From the NCBI GenBank assembly GCA_905178155.1, contig CAJINV010000009.1, forward strand, positions 2,705,373 to 2,769,372: a stretch of DNA of 64,000 nt, read 5' to 3'. The position numbers were made by a program, and so were the translations under genes. The notes under the pieces were generated by a model. The model did no database searches and was not told the origin of the DNA. It saw only the letters and a program-made list of their open reading frames with translations. The DNA is from Amoebophrya sp. A120 (Eukaryota; Protista; Dinoflagellata). Below are positions 59,401-64,000 of the stretch, one piece after another (position 1 is the stretch's first letter; each line of letters opens with the position of its first letter).

Positions 59401-62400
59401 AAAGTTGAAATACAAATAATTTGTCATGCATAAAATCAATCGGGTGCTCGCTTCTTTAGGCGAGCGAGTAACTGTCTAACGTACTTACTTTCTATGTTCC
59501 TGCTTGTAAGTAGCTGGCGACCAGTGTTTCAACCGGTCGCCACCAAGATCTGAAGAAACACCGCCCGTTTTAGTGGTGAACCAACAGACCCGGGGAGTTG
59601 CCCGAGGGAAAGCGGGCCGAGACCCTCAATCACCCCTGGCTTCAGAGCGAGGCACTACTACCGCCTCCGTAGTGCTTCGGCCAACCTCCGCATAGCCACA
59701 AGGTCCAAAACAAGCCGCCTCTGCTTGCCCTTCCTTGCGTCAGAACAGGCGCCATAGAAATGCCAGGTCCTAAGCAAGACTCCTCTTCTTGCCCTTCCTG
59801 CCTGCGCCACCTGAGCCGGAGCTCTGGTAGCGGTACGCAGACGCCACCGGGAAACACAGGAAAACACGGAGTTATGCCCTGCATCGCCCAGTTGCCTCCC
59901 TGTAACCCTTTACCCTACCCTGAAACCCTTACCCCCCAGACCGAGATTTAAGGGAAAAAAAAAAAAACAAACCCAAACCCTATCGGCCCATGATCCCTGC
60001 TCTCCCCCCCCAAATGATTTCCCTTAGCCAGCTCCAGAGCATAGAGCGGTTAGGGCAGAGATTCTTGTGGTTCTGTACGAGGAAAAGCGCTGACCTACAC
60101 TATTTACTGCTGTCGAATGTTTTTAGTCTTAAATGATGACGAAGCGCATCTCTCAGCGAAATCATAATTTTTCTATCTCTCAAGCGAAAGCAAAGATTTA
60201 TATCGTGCTACTACGCTTGCGCGGTTCACACGACAGAATTCTTGCTTGCGCGGAACACATTTAGCGAATAGTAGGTAAAAAATCAAAAACATGGCAGTTG
60301 GAACCTCAGTTTCCAAGTGGCGCATGACAAATTTCGGGAGCGCCCAAATCCAGTCTGCCATGCTGTTTGGGCAAAGAAGACTGCTTCTGTCATGCTACTC
60401 TGGCAGCGCATTGCGTAACCTAAACAGGCTTACAATCGGTCTCATTTGTCTGCTCCCCAATACAGGCCTTCAGTGCCCTACATTTTACGCATCACAAATT
60501 TTTCGATTTTGACGATTTCGATCCTGACACTTCCATAGCCCTCCCGGAATGCGTACAACAGGACCAAGGTGTCGAAATCGGTGCCGACTATGGCGCTCTC
60601 AAATGTTACACTCTCAACTGTTACATGATTTGATTTGTCATGCACAATGAGCATCAACGTCCACACAGTGAAGCTACTTCGCATGAAAAATTTTGGAAGG
60701 GCTAAACAGCATGGAAATCTGTGCCGAACTTGTAATGCAAGAGTTGCAAGATCCGGCCTCTCCCGGTTGCCATTCTAGCATCACGAATTCATGTGACAGT
60801 TGAGAATGTAACATGATCTGAGAACGCCATACCGACGCCGTCCCTTTGAGGCCAACAGGATGTTGCCGGCTTGCTTGACTCTGGCTGATCCAGCTGTGGA
60901 AGCGATGGCACACCCGGGAGCAGCAGGTTGGCAGGGCCAGGGGGTGTAATCGCGGCGTCGCCGGGTTTAGGGTCAAGAAACTTTGCGAAGAAGCCCATCA
61001 GGTAATACGCCACGGAACAAGGGCCGCGCGGGAACGGGAAGTCATCTTTTCCTGGCCCCGGTTCCAGTCTCGGAAGCAGCGGCCGCAGCGGCAAAGGCGG
61101 TGGAAGTGATGGGCTCGGCGGGTACCGGTTTGGTGGGTCTGGCCCGGGCGTAATCAGGAACGGACCGCGCAAATTTCCTAGCCAGAAAATGAGGAAGTAA
61201 TACAAGTGCACGTGGACCAACTTGTCATCTGGTTGGGGTGGAAGAGGTGGTGGTGTTGGTGGATCTGGAGGAGGAGGTGGTGTTGGTGGAGGTGGAAGAG
61301 GAGGTGCAGGATCATCCGCTCCTATCAAGATGAAAGCGCCTCCCCTACTGCAGAACTTTCACCAGCACAGAATTTGCGTTGCTAAGTTTCTACTTTAAGT
61401 AGAAACTTCATGTAATGCATGAAGTTTCTTTATCTTGCATGCATTGGCATTGATGCCCCTGCTTCAGATGGTGCTATATTAGTGCGCAAGAACAAAGCAG
61501 CTCTCGGGAGGAGGGGCGCCATTTTTCAATTTGGTAGGTTTTTTATGCGGGTCCCCTCCAGAAGGTGGAGGTGGTCGCGTCGTGTCTGCGTCTTATAAAA
61601 TGCAAAAGTGTCTGGGTCTGGTGGAAGTAGAATCCAAGGTTTGTCATGCTCTGCTAGCATGACGCCAAAAGCTGTCATGCACATTACCCAAAAGCCCCAT
61701 TTTTCTGTCAACATGCAAAAACGCGATTTGTCATGCAGAATACACAACACCGTAGGTACTCAGAAACTTGTCATGCTGAGCTGCAAATTGAGCCGTCATC
61801 ATGATTGTCCTACCCGCATCACAAGTTTCCAGCTGCAGACATATTTGCAACGCATACGTCTCCTGCCGCCACGATGATCAGCTGGCCCTTGTCACCCTCT
61901 TATCGCAAGAAAAAAGTGTTACAGCTACACATTGTGTTGCAGACCAAGCAAGACAGACCAGCTCTGTCATGCCGGATACGCATAGAAGCCTGGTTTCATA
62001 GGTGTTTTCCCTTAGGATTTCTGCATTTACAAGTTTTCTCTCTCATGCAGAAAAATTTGTGTTGCTGAATTGACTACAAATGTGTAACTGTAACACTTTT
62101 TTCCTGGGATACCTCTGCAGAAACAAACACTGCGTAGGGTACCTTCACCGGAGCGGCCATTCCTCCCGCGCCAAAGGTGAGTTTGCCCTCGTGTACATGA
62201 ATAATGCCGCCAGTTGGCCGCGCATCTCCACCTGCAGGAGCTGCAGCTTCGCCGCCGTGTATAATTCTTTTCGCTCCGGCGATCGCACCTCGCTCGTTGA
62301 GAACCATGAGCAACGCGACGCCCTTCGCGTCGGAATGGGGAAAAAGTGGAGCTCCAGATTCGGAGGGCGGATGCGGACCGGCCGAGTGTGCTGTCCTCAG

Positions 62401-64000
62401 GGCGAACAAAATTTCGCGCCATGCGATATTGTCACTTACAGCGTCTCATCAAATGCAAAAATGTCTGGGTCTGGAAGATTCTGACACTTGTCATGCACGT
62501 TTTGCATGAGCCATGATGTCTGTAATGCATACCCTAGCAACACAGATTTTTTGAGGGCTTCTTGATGCGTATTCCGCATGCCAAATGCCTTCTCAGCGTA
62601 GCAAGAATTGCATTCCCTTTGGTACTCATGCAATACAGATTTTTTTGGAATCCAAATGCAGCATCACAAGTTGCACTCTTCCAGACCCAGACATTTTTAC
62701 AGTTGATAGGTCTTCTCCCTTCTCCGCCCATGGCACGGCAAGCAGCATGTTCGTATGTTCTATCACTTGATAATCGTCCGGAGCTGCGCCGGAGGCTGAG
62801 ATACCGACAAGCTGCTGCTGCTGAAACTGCGCTTTCCGCTGCAAGTCACGAAACAGCCGCCGCTCCTTGAAGCCCTGCTTCGTGAGGTGGTGCTCCTCCT
62901 GAAGTGGTCCCCCGTCCCCGCCGTCGGAAGCAGGTACTAGATTTTCCTTCTTCAGACGCAGGATATCCTAAGTAAAAACGTACCCACACCAGAGTTGTAA
63001 TGCAGATTTGCAGTTACAGGAAGATTCGTAATGCGCATCCCCATGAGAGCCATTTCCAGTCGTGTTTTGGAATTTGTGATGCTGTGAACAGGATGAGCAG
63101 ATGAATCTGTGACGCGGCTGCACTTGCTAACCTGCACTACACTGCAGAGTGCAACTTGTCATGCGCGACTCACAAAACTCCTAGGTTTGAGTTGCAAAAT
63201 ATCCATCCTGACTCTGGTGTGGGTACGTTTTTACTCAGGATACAGGAAGCCACTGAGGTACCCCTTCGTTTCATCCGCGTCAAAACTGAAGCCATCCTGC
63301 CACAACTTCACGGCCTGCGTCGGGGGTTTTTGTTCTTCCGGTAGAAGGAGCCCCTTCAGATCCTCCTCCTTGATTCGCTCGGGCGGGGGTCCGTTGAAAT
63401 TGATCCGGTAGCTCCTTGGGAGCCTCTGGTACCAGTACACGCTGGTTGATGCTTATCCAAGAAAAAAACTGTGTTTAGTGTAACTTTCTTTCGCTGACAG
63501 CATCACAAATTTGCTCTACATTGTCATGCGTGGCTTGTAAGGGAAAACACACACGAATAGTGGACTTCATGGCTGTCTGGCATGACAGGTGTGACTCTGT
63601 TGCATGTTCTGCAACACAAATTTACACTTACACAGTTTTTTTCTTCCATAATGCTTGGGGCATTGGCGGAGGCTGGAACACGTCGAGCACGACGCCTTCG
63701 TTTCGCTCCAAGTGGTCTTTTACAAAGGGCAAGGGGTAGATGTCCGGGCTGGGCTCCGGATCCGTGTCGGCGCCGTCCTTCCCCCAAAGCGTCCCCTCCT
63801 GGTAGCGCAGCCAGTTGACTGTCCAGGCGGCGTATATCTTCTCATGATCCTTCCGCGCCGGCCGGACGATCGGATGGAACCCCCAAACGCCCACACTCGA
63901 CGTGTACCTCATCGCGACAGCAACTTTGCCACGCCAGGAATTGTCTCCTCGTTTATGAACTGCTATTTCCGCCTCAGGAAACTTGGTGGGGACGAACTCG
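38412..64000 (-). CDS. Giant Pro-rich repeat protein of unknown function (5' end outside window), ~38 introners, >=7 copies of a large repeated domain
   Basis: Checked junctions join in frame (e.g. QEHQ|IWPYN across a 4.1-kb intron, EKNQ|YRTTK, HKKP|DDPAP); not every junction was checked. Recurring motifs P[DE]IFVLVD, LTVL[FY], LAWFLxxWL, G[FL]ILPL, AVFFLxGY, RLL[VI]DLT, FPFLR. Basic C-terminus ends ...GETGTTGVV* at 38412. Confidence 0.75.
38636..38808. mobile_element. Introner family C (decayed DR)
   Basis: TAT..ATA; flanks gaatg/ggtag. Confidence 0.8.
38879..39141. mobile_element. Introner family A
   Basis: DR tgagc/tgcgc. Confidence 0.85.
39201..39310. mobile_element. Introner family I (110 bp, shortest complete copy)
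   Basis: tatccacaggaaaaaaccca/tggttttttttttgtggata; DR cttcc. Confidence 0.9.
39637..39893. mobile_element. Introner family A
   Basis: DR cagaa/cagag. Confidence 0.9.
40224..40373. mobile_element. Introner family C
   Basis: DR gtgcg. Confidence 0.95.
40439..40563. mobile_element. Introner family I
   Basis: DR gcctt. Confidence 0.85.
40611..40759. mobile_element. Introner family C
   Basis: DR ccctt. Confidence 0.95.
41108..41363. mobile_element. Introner family A
   Basis: DR tttgg. Confidence 0.9.
41430..41703. mobile_element. Introner family A
   Basis: DR tcccc. Confidence 0.9.
41871..42044. mobile_element. Introner family C (diverged)
   Basis: DR accac/gccac. Confidence 0.8.
42523..42826. 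mobile_element. Introner family B
   Basis: DR tcctc/tcatc. Confidence 0.85.
43117..43322. mobile_element. Introner family G-like
   Basis: DR ctcgc. Confidence 0.85.
43389..47527. mobile_element. Introner family A expanded to 4.1 kb by a nested element
   Basis: tatggattgtaaaaatgtctgggtctgg ... ccagacccagacatttttacatttgata; DR tttgg/tctgg. Confidence 0.85.
43430..47310. mobile_element. 3.9-kb non-coding nested element with AGGC..GCCT ends and 6-bp TSD cgaact
   Basis: TSD at 43424-43429 and 47311-47316; subterminal aaagaacac/gtgttcttt; cgaaaaatattcgtttga near both ends. Confidence 0.8.
47713..48037. mobile_element. Introner family E
   Basis: DR actcg. Confidence 0.9.
48385..48692. mobile_element. 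Introner family D
   Basis: DR gagcc. Confidence 0.95.
48780..49032. mobile_element. Introner family A
   Basis: DR tgcag. Confidence 0.9.
49609..49921. mobile_element. Introner family E (DR lost)
   Basis: Flanks accgg/gaaga. Confidence 0.8.
50575..50792. mobile_element. Introner family F-like, inverted
   Basis: DR gtgtc. Confidence 0.8.
50823..51089. mobile_element. Introner family A
   Basis: DR gtcga/gtaga. Confidence 0.9.
51135..51270. mobile_element. Introner family C
   Basis: DR ccgca. Confidence 0.95.
51516..51937. mobile_element. Introner family B with nested 130-bp insert (51772-51901)
   Basis: DR cgagg/cgaga; insert flanked by 9-bp gacaactct. Confidence 0.85.
52849..53113. mobile_element. 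Introner family A
   Basis: DR tgtac, offset by 3 nt on the right. Confidence 0.85.
53359..53488. mobile_element. Introner family J (short)
   Basis: tatggcgttctca/tgagagcgccata; DR gagtc. Confidence 0.9.
53866..54181. mobile_element. Introner family E
   Basis: DR ctctg/ctccg. Confidence 0.85.
54759..55027. mobile_element. Introner family A
   Basis: DR ttgga/ttgaa. Confidence 0.9.
55517..55826. mobile_element. Introner, singleton family L
   Basis: tattgaggg..gtgatctt / aagatcac..ccctccata; DR caagg/gaagg; removal restores the frame. Confidence 0.65.
56143..56269. mobile_element. Introner family I-like
   Basis: tattccg/cggaata; DR actgg. Confidence 0.85.
56794..57074. mobile_element. Introner family A
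   Basis: DR tcacg. Confidence 0.95.
57252..57523. mobile_element. Introner family J
   Basis: DR aggcg. Confidence 0.85.
58125..58476. mobile_element. Introner family E
   Basis: DR ccgtc; ends GTA. Confidence 0.85.
59374..60537. mobile_element. Introner family D with nested ~840-bp insert (~59440-60278)
   Basis: DR gccct; insert flanked by aaaatcaa. Confidence 0.85.
60589..60831. mobile_element. Introner family J
   Basis: DR ccgac. Confidence 0.9.
61323..61536. mobile_element. Introner family E-like (DR lost)
   Basis: Flanks gctcc/ggttt; removal restores the frame. Confidence 0.7.
61594..61856. mobile_element. Introner family A
   Basis: DR cgtct. Confidence 0.9.
61901..62111. mobile_element. 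Introner family G (closely similar to the 27013 copy)
   Basis: DR cctct. Confidence 0.95.
62447..62708. mobile_element. Introner family A
   Basis: Starts CAT; DR cgtct/ggtct. Confidence 0.9.
62964..63242. mobile_element. Introner family B
   Basis: DR cagga. Confidence 0.95.
63454..63650. mobile_element. Introner family H
   Basis: DR atgct. Confidence 0.9.

Noticed and set aside
44898-59981. True telomere or chromosome-end scar at the ccctaaa-like runs (~44900, ~59910)
   Set aside because: Only a few degenerate units, each inside a TSD-flanked insert.
700-62870. Many short ORFs sharing peptides such as MSGSGR, QKCLGLE, QTQTYL, VQKYRTR, GVGTFLLRI
   Set aside because: These are translations of introner TIRs, not a protein family.
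1-64000. Autonomous transposase for the introners, dinoflagellate spliced-leader relic, tRNA or rRNA genes
   Set aside because: None recognisable by eye. The mobilising and splicing factors are presumably encoded elsewhere; a covariance-model scan would be needed to exclude small RNAs.

Overview
This is a eukaryotic protist window, most likely a syndinian dinoflagellate of the Amoebophrya type (inferred from intron architecture, not from a database search). Every gene I can support lies on the minus strand. (1) A giant (>3200 aa, 3'-incomplete) SMYD-type SET-domain protein, 15728 to <1. (2) A divergent sulfite-oxidase-family molybdopterin oxidoreductase, 21302 to ~17570. (3) A small hypothetical gene and its broken duplicate (~25.8-27.3 kb). 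(4) A complete GH37 trehalase and a truncated copy. (5) A 317-aa hypothetical ORF. (6) A giant, 5'-incomplete Pro-rich protein built from >=7 copies of a domain I do not recognise (>64000 to 38412). The main feature is about 66 non-canonical 'introner' introns from ~10 families, usually 110-350 bp. Each has TAT...ATA termini, family-specific terminal inverted repeats, a 5-bp direct repeat and many copies of a shared GCATNACAA motif. Removing the element plus one direct repeat restored the reading frame at every junction I checked, and GT-AG was not available where I looked. The same subfamily occurs in both orientations in one gene, and an empty/filled paralog pair shows the direct repeat is a target-site duplication. 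Other transposons (Helentron-like, Tc1-like, Harbinger-like, hAT/P-like, a 3.9-kb element with a 6-bp TSD) sit in intergenic DNA or nested inside introners, with one exonic exception. Family letters (A-L) are my own labels. Coordinates were read by hand and may be off by a base or two.
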